DNA from: Selaginella moellendorffii
Lineage: Eukaryota; Plantae; Lycopodiophyta
Assembly: GCF_000143415.4 (NCBI RefSeq)
Contig: NW_003314301.1
Coordinates: forward strand, 152,411-164,174
DNA length: 11,764 bases
Direction of reading: 5' to 3'
Shown here: positions 1 to 8,921 of the stretch, in pieces
Numbering within the stretch: position 1 is the first letter of the stretch
How the letters are laid out: every line of letters begins with the position of its first letter
Notes under the pieces: model-generated
Told to the model about the DNA's origin: nothing
The model's input: the letters and a program-made list of their open reading frames with translations, nothing else
The model's database searches: none
Made by a program: the position numbers and the translations under genes

Positions 1-157
1 ATGTTTTAAAAACTTATAAATAATATATATTTAGTTTTCTAGAAGTCTTCCTAGGTATGCATGGCACATCATATGCAATGTGTAAATTGAGGAGTGGTAT
101 GAAAAATCTATTTTTTAATGATCCATTAAAAGACAATTGAATGCAATGAGAAAGATG

Positions 158-264
158 TGTCACATGTCAATGTGATAATGATTGTGACACTGACAATGTC
201 AGTGTAGCAGATAGCGACAGTGATAGTGTCAGTGTCAGAGATGACAAAGTTACAGTGTCAGTCT
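158..264. promoter_or_regulatory. Dense TGACA/TGTCA cluster including the palindrome ACACTGACA-A-TGTCAGTGT
   Basis: Nine copies start at 158, 165, 185, 191, 197, 227, 233, 242 and 256. A perfect 9-bp inverted repeat spans 187-205. The regulatory role is inferred. Confidence 0.5.
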
Positions 265-344
265 ATCAAATTTCATAATTACTAGTATTATCAGTTTATT
301 ATCTATAGGTAATACAATTTTGTTAATAAAAAAAAGGTGAGGGA

Positions 345-361
345 GGGGGGGGGGGGGGGGG
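345..361 (+). repeat. G17 homopolymer
   Basis: Directly visible, preceded by A8 (328-335) and GGTGAGGGA. Confidence 0.95.
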
Positions 362-404
362 ATGAATAATATCATAGTGTAAGAATTATTAGTGGCTGGA
401 ATTT

Positions 405-953
405 TCAGTAGGATGGCCTAAAAATACCATATTCAGCACTTGTGGATGTAGGATTTACTAACGGAATATTGTTCCTCACCATGAAATGATAATGATTGTG
501 TGTTCTTAACTCTTTCTTAATTTTCTTATACATCCATTTATGCACACCTTCCACACCAATTCTTGGGCAATTGTGACAGTGTTCTAGAAAAGTTTCTAGA
601 CCCATACAGCCTTCCGTTTTATCTAAATAAAAGTAGCAGATGGGACACTGGAGATAATATGTGTTCATTCTTTCAAAAGTTTCAACCATATCGGGAGCAA
701 GATCTTGAAGAAACATCTGGCATCGCTCTTGAAGCACATGAGGCAATCCATCTTTAATAGCAACATCTAGAACATTATCTGGAAGAGGGATCTCTTGTTC
801 AGTCACACTTGGGGCTACAAAAGAAAAAGCCTCACAACGATTGATGTATGGAGGGAACGGTGGAATGTTGGTAGAAGTTGGAGATGGAGGTGGAGACTCA
901 TATGAAATGCATGGGGGCCAAGTGCGAGTAGCAATAGCATTTTCCCTAGCCAT
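405..953 (-). CDS. Intronless 182-aa protein: Pro/Ser-rich N-terminus plus SGS3-like zf-XS zinc finger (paralogue 1)
   Basis: Open ATG...TGA frame. ~72% identical to the adjacent ORF over a 111-aa core, with many synonymous differences. Motif C103-PI-C106-x11-GL-x5-H125-x12-H138-x9-EL matches the spacing I recall for SGS3 zf-XS (CPAC-x11-GL-x5-H-x11-H-x9-EL). TATAAATA lies 53 bp upstream. Confidence refers to coding status; the domain call is about 0.6. Confidence 0.85.
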   Translation of the reverse strand: MARENAIATRTWPPCISYESPPPSPTSTNIPPFPPYINRCEAFSFVAPSVTEQEIPLPDNVLDVAIKDGLPHVLQERCQMFLQDLAPDMVETFERMNTYYLQCPICYFYLDKTEGCMGLETFLEHCHNCPRIGVEGVHKWMYKKIKKELRTHNHYHFMVRNNIPLVNPTSTSAEYGIFRPSY

Positions 954-1005
954 TCCTACACTCTAAACAAACTGAAATTTCAATGTTGAAAGCATCCCTT
1001 GTTGG

Positions 1006-1092
1006 TATTTATACTAAAAAAAGATCTAGGGGTTCTTGAAAGTTTAAATTGTCAGTCTCAAAAATGGGACTTCAAAATTATAACAGTGTCAG
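1006..1092 (-). promoter_or_regulatory. Putative promoter of paralogue 1: TATAAATA plus TGACA elements
   Basis: TATAAATA (minus strand) at 1006-1013. AATTGTCAGTCT at 1047-1058 is identical to 1880-1891 upstream of paralogue 2. ACAGTGTCAG at 1083-1092 is identical to 252-261. Confidence 0.55.
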
Positions 1093-1211
1093 AACCACTT
1101 GTATATATAATAATATCTTTATACATGCTAGAATAATATCATTCTCGAAAATATAAGATTCTCCACTTTACTCATAAAGAATTAACCTTTTGAAAAAACT
1201 ATGCATGACTT

Positions 1212-1766
1212 TCACATTACATTAAAGGGTGGCTTAAATATCCCATATTCAGCACTTACTGATGCAGTGTTCACCAATGGAATATTGTTCTCCACCATGA
1301 AATCATAATAGCTGTGTGTTTTTAATTCTTTCTTGATTTTCTTATACATCCACGCGTGCACACCTTCCAAACCTGCTCTTGGGCATTTGCGACAATGCTC
1401 AATAAAATTTACCAAACCCATGCAACCATCTGTCTTGTTTAAATAAAAGTTGCATATAGGACACTGAAGATAATATGTATCTACATTAAGCTCCCCTGCC
1501 ATATCTGGAGCAAGATCTTGAAGAAAATATTGACATCGCTCTTGAAGCATTGGAGGCAATCCAACTTTTTTAACAACATCATAAGGAAGGAGTTTTTGTT
1601 CAGTTGCACTCGAGGTCGCAAATGAAATAGCCTCACAACAACCCTCAAAATGAAAAGGAGGATTGTTGCGTAGAGGTGAAGATGGATTATTAGTTGAGAT
1701 TGGAGATGGAGGTGGAAACTCATATGAAAGGCCTTCGGGACCAAAAATAAACTTCTTCCTAACCAT
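1212..1766 (-). CDS. Intronless 184-aa SGS3-like zf-XS zinc-finger protein (paralogue 2)
   Basis: The ORF track starts at TTG 1778, but the first ATG is at 1766 (MVRKKFIFG...). All Cys/His of the paralogue 1 finger are conserved (CPIC...GCMGL..F.EHC..CPR.G.EGVH.WMYKKIKKEL). Ends in TGA. Confidence 0.85.
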   Translation of the reverse strand: MVRKKFIFGPEGLSYEFPPPSPISTNNPSSPLRNNPPFHFEGCCEAISFATSSATEQKLLPYDVVKKVGLPPMLQERCQYFLQDLAPDMAGELNVDTYYLQCPICNFYLNKTDGCMGLVNFIEHCRKCPRAGLEGVHAWMYKKIKKELKTHSYYDFMVENNIPLVNTASVSAEYGIFKPPFNVM

Positions 1767-1814
1767 TGCAACACACAAGAAGAATTAAACTTCCTAGCAA
1801 TAAGAATTCTCTCA

Positions 1815-1891
1815 TTAATATACTATATTTCAATCTCGGGAATGATGTTTTATTATGACATGACACTATAGTGAATGATAATTGTCAGTCT
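1815..1891 (-). promoter_or_regulatory. Putative promoter of paralogue 2: TATA-like element plus TGACA elements
   Basis: TATACTA at 1819-1825 sits at a similar offset from the ATG as the copy at 1010-1016 in paralogue 1. TGACATGACA at 1856-1865 and AATTGTCAGTCT at 1880-1891. Confidence 0.5.
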
Positions 1892-2267
1892 TAGTAATTA
1901 CAACCTACTATGAGAAACAAGTGGCTATAGGGTTTCAGAAGCTAAAAACTAGCATATAATTAATATGTAGCCTCATTTTATATAGTTGGCCTGCCATATA
2001 TAATAATAGCGAATATACACAGGCACGCGAGTATGCCTTTTTGCAAGATTACCTTTCAATCCCAAAATCATATATAGATTTAATTCTTTGATTTGTCTAC
2101 ATCATATATCTTTGCAAAGACAAAACATATCAAAAGGAATAAGATATATATAAAAAACTTACATTTTTTTATAATATTTTAGTGGATTACAAAAGCCATT
2201 GAAAGGTTTATAGAGTGGATTTATTAGTGCTTTCCGCTGTGCTGTCCATTTCTTCTTTTCTCTTGCT

Positions 2268-2453
2268 CTAGATTGTTGTTTCGGAAGTAACAGGAGCATT
2301 TTTATCAATAGTGACAGTGGTCTCCACATTCCCGGATGGATAATAAGGACCAGGCGTGTAATATGGAGATTGTGGTAGTGAAACAAAATTCACATTCTCA
2401 CATTTTTGTATGATAGAACTACTTACAGATTTTTTGTCTTCCTTGCTTCCCAT
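2268..2453 (-). CDS. Short 61-aa ORF; possibly the 5' part of a decayed or spliced gene extending to ~1935
   Basis: ATG at 2453 with TATAAATA 46 bp upstream, and same orientation and spacing as the neighbouring genes. No recognisable domain. Confidence 0.3.
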   Translation of the reverse strand: MGSKEDKKSVSSSIIQKCENVNFVSLPQSPYYTPGPYYPSGNVETTVTIDKNAPVTSETTI

Positions 2454-2498
2454 CTCTGTAAACCCTAAAGAATGAACGAGTGAATCAGTGTTTCGAAT

Positions 2499-2508
2499 TA
2501 TTTATATA
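2499..2508 (-). promoter_or_regulatory. TATA box (TATATAAATA) upstream of ATG 2453
   Basis: Consensus TATA 46 bp from the ATG, with TTGACC immediately upstream at 2514-2519. Confidence 0.35.
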
Positions 2509-2785
2509 TTTCTGGTCAATTGTTGAAATGTTAAAATGTTGAAATGTACAATAGAAATTTTCCGGTTCATTCGAACTTCAATGTTCCCATTTTATTTAGG
2601 ACCAATAAAGCCCAAAAATTTCTATGGGTTCAGACGAACTTCTAATTCTAGAAATTGTATAAACTGCATTAGAAAGATTCAAAAAATAAAAATCTCTCTG
2701 AACCATTGATACTTAAATTCATAAATTTCAAGTTCACAAAAGAATAATATTTTTCTGACTTAATATTTCCTTATAAAACTTATCG

Positions 2786-2845
2786 TTGACTATGTTGACT
2801 AGCATTGACTTGAGCTGAATTGAGCTCAACTCGTGAGCTCAACTC
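2786..2845 (+). repeat. 3x TTGACT followed by 2x TGAGCTCAACTC
   Basis: TTGACT at 2786, 2795 and 2805. 12-bp direct repeat at 2821-2832 and 2834-2845. Palindrome TTGAGCTCAA at 2820-2829. Confidence 0.7.
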
Positions 2846-2859
2846 AACTTTGGACCATC

Positions 2860-3730
2860 CCCAGATAAAGCTATCAAGGTTAGGGAATTAGTTCTTCAGT
2901 GTTTAAAGAGATGGCTTTGAATGAAACCCGAGGCAAGTCGGAGGGATAAATGCCTTAGTTGAAGGTATTGACTTCAAAAGGGGTGGCTCATAGGGCCAAG
3001 CATGGAGGAGTCTATGCATAATCATAGACTTATTAAGTAAGAAAACTTATAAGCTTGAAGGAATTACATTTGTAAGCTGTGATTTGTGGTATGCTTTAGG
3101 TATAAGTTAGTGTACCAGTGTAAAGAATCATGCTAGACATCCTAGGTGATACCATCTATAGATGCATATACGAAGGTTGAATTCAAGTCCCAACCCTCTA
3201 GTGCTTGGGTTAAAGTCTTAATTGGAATATAAGGACACTTATTTTTTGGTGATCATGGACTCTCAATAAGGAAACTGGCTTGGGCACTCTACCAAACGGG
3301 GGATGCCTAGGAGTTATGATGCACAGTTAAATTGTTTAGGTGAAAATTCGACATATTTAACTTGAACACTTTGGTGCAAGTGGTATCAAGGACATGGTGA
3401 ATGAGATGGGGACACTCAGTCTTAGTTGATATAGACCCTTGGCTTGAAGGGCTAGCTTGGGTGCACTTCTAAGTGTTGGGGGTCATGGTTAACAACTTAA
3501 AGGTTTAGAAGATCTAGTATTTATTGGCAAACTTGTTAGATTAGATCATTAGGTGATCTTATGGCTAACAAGTACAAAGTCCTTATGAGGTTAAGGAATA
3601 AAGTTCTTAGTTCAAAGTGTTGATTTGAATTATTAATAATGGTGTGGCTTCGTCAAATTGACCAAGTGGGAAGGATACATAAAATAAATGAACTACTACA
3701 ATACAATGGTATTGTGAGTTCAAGAAAATA
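2860..3730 (+). mobile_element. Probable LTR + PBS + leader of a truncated plus-strand LTR retrotransposon (boundaries approximate)
   Basis: ...GGTGCA-AG-TGGTATCAAGG: an LTR-type CA end at 3378 followed by a tRNA-iMet-like PBS at 3381-3391. No coding remnant recognised. Confidence 0.45.
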
Positions 3731-3809
3731 ATCTATAAAGAAGGACTTATGGGTGGGTCACAAGGTTGGGTTGTGGATAGAACCCATAGTAGAAAATATT
3801 GGGGAAACT

Positions 3810-4160
3810 TACTACCCATATTTGATGATATCCAAACCACAAAATACTTAGTCTTGAAGGGTTGGTCAAACAAGTTATCAATGCAAAGCAAAAGATAGTT
3901 GTTTCTAACCATGATCTTGTTGAGAGCTTGATAATTAATACACATCCTTATGGAACCATCCTTTCTTATAACAAAAAGTATTAGCACTTTATAGAGTGAT
4001 TTACTTGGTCGGATATAACTTTTGTCAAAAAGCTTCATGAGTTTCTTCTTAAGTTCAACCATCTCCTTGATATTTAAATGATATAAAGCCTTTATAAATG
4101 GTTTAGAACATGAAACAATCTCTCACGACTAGGAGGTAGCCCTAGTGGTAAATCCTTCAA
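3810..4160 (-). pseudogene. pol: Ty3/gypsy reverse transcriptase N-terminal fragment
   Basis: DLPLGLPPSRE...ELKKKLMKLFDKSYIRPSKSLY...FVIRKDGSIRMCINYQALNKIMVRNNYLLLCIDNLFDQ...GYHQI matches the gypsy RT consensus. Truncated before YxDD. Confidence 0.9.
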
Positions 4161-4439
4161 AAAGATATTTTAATTCCTCACCAACAATTCCAATATTTCC
4201 CTTAGTATAAGATCAATCCATCACCGATTCAAATTTGGTCACTATCACCTTCAACTTCCATCACTTGAACCCAAAAGGTTTGATATCCCTTCTTAGTTGT
4301 TTTCTGAGCAACTCTTGCAACCAAGAATTTACCATCTCAATCCCTTGAGGAGCACTTTTACAACTAGAATGACACATCAGGATGCTCTTTTGATATCAAC
4401 GTGATGCAACTTTGTTCAGCACCATAAATTTCTTTGATA

Positions 4440-4680
4440 TATTTGTTAAAGAAATCCATACCAAGCACTATCTAAAAATCTAGTATCTTCAATATTACTA
4501 AGTTCAATCTTTCTTTCCACTTGGATATTTTTATTTGAACATCACTCCACCTTCTGCAAACTGGAAGTGTATGTGTGACATCCACTCAACTTTCAATCCT
4601 AATAACTTTACTAAATCTTCATATATCACATTGTGTGTAGCTCCCGTGTCAATCATCACTTGGATTCAATATCCATGAAC
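4440..4680 (-). pseudogene. pol: Retroviral-type aspartic protease remnant
   Basis: VMIDTGATHN (DTG codons from 4650) and downstream DF*IVLGMDFF (~4450-4480). Confidence 0.85.
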
Positions 4681-4999
4681 AAAGTGTATAAGATATATCA
4701 ATGGATTAGTGCTTGCATTGACTACGAGAAAAACTTGAGGAATGTAACTCCCCTCCTCTTCCTCATAGTTTTCATTAATCAACTTGTCAGCCTCTTCAAC
4801 TTTGCCTCCACTGTCTTTCCTCATGACATTAACACAAACCTTATCTTATGCTTTTTAGGAAAGCACTATGGTCACTAACCACCAACTTTGTTAATTATTA
4901 CTTGTGAGCCTCCAAGACAAAACCTTCTTTCCACCCTTTGTTTTTGGTCACCTTGTTTATCCCAAACTTCTTATTCTTGTCCAAGGTACCAACATACGA

Positions 5000-5510
5000 T
5001 TGTTGATACTGTTTTATGAATGAGTGACTAAAGGCAACTTGCTATACTACCTCCTTACACTCTAGATATGACTTTGGCTTAAACTTCAAAATCTCATTGT
5101 AAGAAAGTGAACTTAAACCTTTTAGAAAATAGCTTTGAGCATCTTTGGCACTCATATTTATAATCATATGAACTTCTGGGCAAACATATTAACATAGTAT
5201 ATAAGGTCTTCACATTGCTTCAATTGCCACAACTCTATGCAAAGTCGCAAACCAAGATTATCTGACAAGTATTTTTTATGGATGTATGACTGCATCTTAT
5301 CCAACTTTTAGTCTACCTTTTATCAGCACACATCTGGCACCACCAAGTTTTGGCATGATCAATGAGAAAGGACTGTATGTATGTAACATTCATATGATCA
5401 TCAATGTCTGCCACTATAAAATAGCTTTCCATATAATAGACCTAATCTTTCAAAATCTAATACTCCCGCATGTCTCTAAAATTAGGTGGTTTTGGGGGCT
5501 TGAACTTTAA
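5000..5510 (-). pseudogene. gag: Retrotransposon gag remnant
   Basis: PKPPNF...YMESYFIVADIDDHMNVTYIQSFLIDHAKTWW at ~5500-5340 resembles the retrotransposon gag motif ME.YF...D..V...FL...A..WW. Confidence 0.75.
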
Positions 5511-5816
5511 AACTCATGCAATTGGGGTGGTTGTAGAACTTCATCATCTCCAAAACTTGAAATGGAGTTTGGTTGATTAGATTTTGCTGGTTTAGTTGCT
5601 TTAGCTTTTTTCTTCCTCTTCTTGTTCTCTTTCTTCAATTTATGAACTTCCTTTCAAAAATTCTTGATCTTAATGTTTTGAGCCATACACTATAGTGTCA
5701 TAGCATCAAGCTCTTTCTCTTTTGCAATCTCAACCTCTTCTGCAACATCTCTAGCAAGAGTTTCCTCCTCTCAATTCGCTTATCTAAAGGATGTTAGCAT
5801 TATCAACACAGTTCTT

Positions 5817-5916
5817 NNNNNNNNNNNNNNNNNNNNNNNNNNNNNNNNNNNNNNNNNNNNNNNNNNNNNNNNNNNNNNNNNNNNNNNNNNNNNNNNNNNN
5901 NNNNNNNNNNNNNNNN
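5817..5916. other. Assembly gap (100 N)
   Basis: Exactly 100 N, a typical placeholder. True distance and orientation across the gap are unknown. Confidence 1.
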
Positions 5917-8900
5917 TCAGATCTACTAAAAAAGTCTTAAGGTAGGCAACTTAAGTCAAAAATTCTGACAAAAGTTGAATAAGAATTTCTGAGATAAATC
6001 CTTTGATACCAAATGAGCACACCTAAATTTGAAGCCAAACTCCAAGCCTGTTGTATTACAAAACGAGGATCTAGTACATTTTCAATCTTATGAGCATCAA
6101 CTCCTTGTATTCAACACTTGCATGCAAAATGGTGTCTGGTACAATTTCGGCATACCGGTGGCCTAACCCAAGGAGGATGGTACCCCACTAACTAGAGCAG
6201 CATATAGCTTGAGCTTAGACTCAAGCCAGATGTAGAACAAAGAGCAACATAGCCCAACAAAATCTAAAATAATATTTTAGGTGGTTGGCTAGGCATTCTA
6301 ACCACTATCCTTTTTATACATTTGAAACCCCCTATACCCTCCCCCCCCCCCCGTGAGGAATACACACTTTAGGCTTTCACCCTTAAAACTAAGAGTTAGC
6401 CTCTAGAACAAGCATGGAGCTATAGAGCCTATAAAATATAGAATGATGCTAGATTATAAATTAGGGAGCAAGAAAAATACCATCTCTATATTCCATATAT
6501 ATGCCTCTTGAGTAGATCTAAACACTTACTATAAATAGTATATGGATCTGGAACAATACATGATAGTGAGGGTGTCTAGTAGATATGATAAACTACTATG
6601 TAACAATATTAAGGGACTACACTCAATATTATGGGGATTCCCAACACTAGAAAATGCAAACTAACAACATGAGTTTTTCATCACCATGTCAAGTATGCTT
6701 AAATTAATAACAATTTAGGATTTCTTTCTTTAATGCCCTTCTTATTTAAGTGCACATGTGCTAGCCAATTTCTCAACTAGCTTAGGCAGAGATCATAAAA
6801 GGAACCAATAATACCAACCTAGCAGTAAGGAGAAAATGTCTATAAGGACTAACCAACAAGTATCTTTTAATACCCAAAGTCATATTTGTAACAATCAAGG
6901 TTAATTAAAAATTGAAATTGTTAGTTTTTAGTGCACCTAATGGCACTGATGAAAATTGTGCTATTATAATTGTTCCTTCTTTTTTCTTTTTACCTATGCT
7001 TGAGGATGGAAACACAAATAAAAGTATCCAGTAATGGATTACTTTTGCAAAAAACAAACAAGGCAGCAAAACTTAGCCTATTGTAAGATACAGCCCATTA
7101 AGGTACAACACATGAATATACAGAGTTTTCTTCCCTTTAGCCATAGTGGCATCTCTAATAATAGCTAGGGACTCTTAGTGACAAATACTGCTCTTGTTGG
7201 TGCCCACACTACTCCCATGTTTTATTGCATAGTCTACAAAATATAAAAAATAAAAAATAAAAAAATGAAATGAAATCCAATGAACTAAAATAGCTGGAAA
7301 GAGCCATGAGTAAGTATTGGAGAGCATAAGAATGTGGTTAGTTTGTTTAAGCTTAATCATATTCTACAAGTATCTCTATAGGCTTATCTTAGAGAACATG
7401 ACTTCAACTTCAGGTTTGTATCATAACATTACTTTATATATATATAAGTTTAATTTTCTTTATATATGAAATTTAGCATTCTTGAAATCAAAATTCTTTG
7501 GCAATAGCCCAAATTAGCATTGTGAACTGTGATGAATGTTTTACTTTGGCAATAAGACACTCTTGCAACCAAAATTAAAGCATAGTGAATAGTTTAAGAA
7601 TCTAAATGTCCAAATCATCTACCACCAAGATGTTATGACAGCTGGGGATTGTAATGCATTGTGCTTTTAGAAAAAGATGCTTGAGTAACATTGTGTGGGA
7701 TTTTTGAGGTAGGGCTGGACTTTTGCTAGAAATCCAATAGATATAATTAGGTAAGTTGTAGATGTAAGCTGTGGAACTTTAGAAATTTTTAATGTATAGA
7801 TAAAGAAATACCAGCAACATGGCCTCAAATTCTAAAATAAATCTAATTTTATAGATATTATCCATATTATATTATTTAAAAAATATTATTTTATTATTAA
7901 AAAAATCTTAATCCTACAATTAAATTACATGTTTTAGAAAATATAATTTAATATTTAATTTATAGTACCTTATAGATTTGAATATCAATGATATCAATTT
8001 CTATTTCCAAATTGTTTTGAATTTGACAATATAAACCAATTAGAATATTAATCCACGGAAGCACACAAGCTGTTTTGGATTTGCTCCCTCCATTACACAT
8101 TTCGCAAAATCTGCTAAAAATGATAGTAATGTGGTGTAGGACGGGGTACAGAGTGAGGACATTTTACAGATTAGTTGTGAGAGAAATGCAATCCATTTTA
8201 GAGCTTAAGTTGATTAATACCTCCTCATACTCAAGGTAAAGAGTGATTTATTTGCAAAGAGGGGCCATGGCACCAACATGCTTTGTGACAATAGAGAATG
8301 GTGTTAGGCTATAAAGCGTGATTAGTGACTGAATTGAACTGCAAAGAAAACTTCTAAGCAACAAGTAGACAACAATCTGGAAAAAACAATTTACTGTATA
8401 GATCATATTGTTTTATTTCATAATGTAAAAGTACCTCTCAAAAGTAAGTGCTCTCCAAATTTTGTTTTGGAGACCCTTCTTCTTCGTTAGTGTGTTTTAA
8501 TCCTAAATCTTTTTAATTGTTTTAGTAAGGAAAAATCAAGTTGAAGATGTTTTGAGGGTGAGTGATCCACTAGCTATTCAAAAATCATACTTTTATATCT
8601 CTCAAGCTTCATTATAACAATCATCCTTTTAAGCAAAATTTGCTTATAATGATGGAGATGTAAAAGTATGGAATAAAGTTGAGGTCTTGTGCAAATAAAA
8701 CAAATGAGTTCTCTTTTCTAATGATTTTTGAGGTTTAGAAAATTATTATAAACAAGGTTTATTTTAGTTCTAAGAAGAGAAATTATGATTAAATTCTTAT
8801 CACTTTACAACAATTTGATTCATTTATTAGAATATACTTAGATATTCTAAGAATATTTATTCCACCCCACCCTATCTAAAGCAAACCAAAAACACATATA

Positions 8901-8921
8901 TATTATAAGTAAAAGTATTTT

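Larger units (their letters stand above)
3810..6400 (-). mobile_element. Decayed, 3'-truncated Ty3/gypsy LTR retrotransposon (5' LTR-PBS-gag-protease-partial RT)
   Basis: Minus-strand order is LTR end CA (6014), PBS TGGTATCAAAG (6011-6001), gag-like, protease, then RT N-terminus, which is the gypsy order. Many stops and frameshifts. The distal LTR boundary is undetermined and the element spans the N gap. Confidence 0.9.

Noticed and set aside
1-60. Loose similarity to 7929-7980
   Set aside because: Both are extremely AT-rich and the alignment needs several gaps, so it is not distinguishable from chance by eye.
158-264. CRISPR-like or RNA-gene interpretation of the short repeats
   Set aside because: No constant repeat-spacer periodicity, eukaryotic context, and no tRNA/rRNA-like structure seen.
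563-757. 64-aa plus-strand ORF
   Set aside because: Antisense shadow within paralogue 1, with no independent support.
1481-1774. 97-aa alternative-frame ORF
   Set aside because: Overlaps paralogue 2 in another frame, has a non-ATG start and no equivalent ORF is listed in paralogue 1.
1890-2270. TAA/TAG-to-Gln recoding suggested by a read-through frame containing only TAA/TAG stops
   Set aside because: Neighbouring intact genes have no internal TAA/TAG and the PLAT-like gene ends in TAA. Such stops are expected in AT-rich or C>T-mutated DNA.
2636-2660. Heat-shock-element-like GAA/TTC runs
   Set aside because: Only two correctly phased units (TTCTAGAA), which is common in this sequence.
4633-5510. 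Plus-strand ORFs 4633-4878 and 5286-5510
   Set aside because: Antisense to gypsy protease and gag remnants.
2997-6419. Shared 11-mer CAAGCATGGAG (2997 and 6409) as evidence of an LTR pair
   Set aside because: The match does not extend, is expected by chance in 11.7 kb, and the two PBSs are in opposite orientation.
6990-7360. 61-aa ORF 7175-7360 and an exon-like stretch (~7232-6994, minus strand) between AG and GT signals
   Set aside because: Low-complexity T-rich translation, in-frame stops and no recognisable domain. It could be a decayed exon but cannot be supported.
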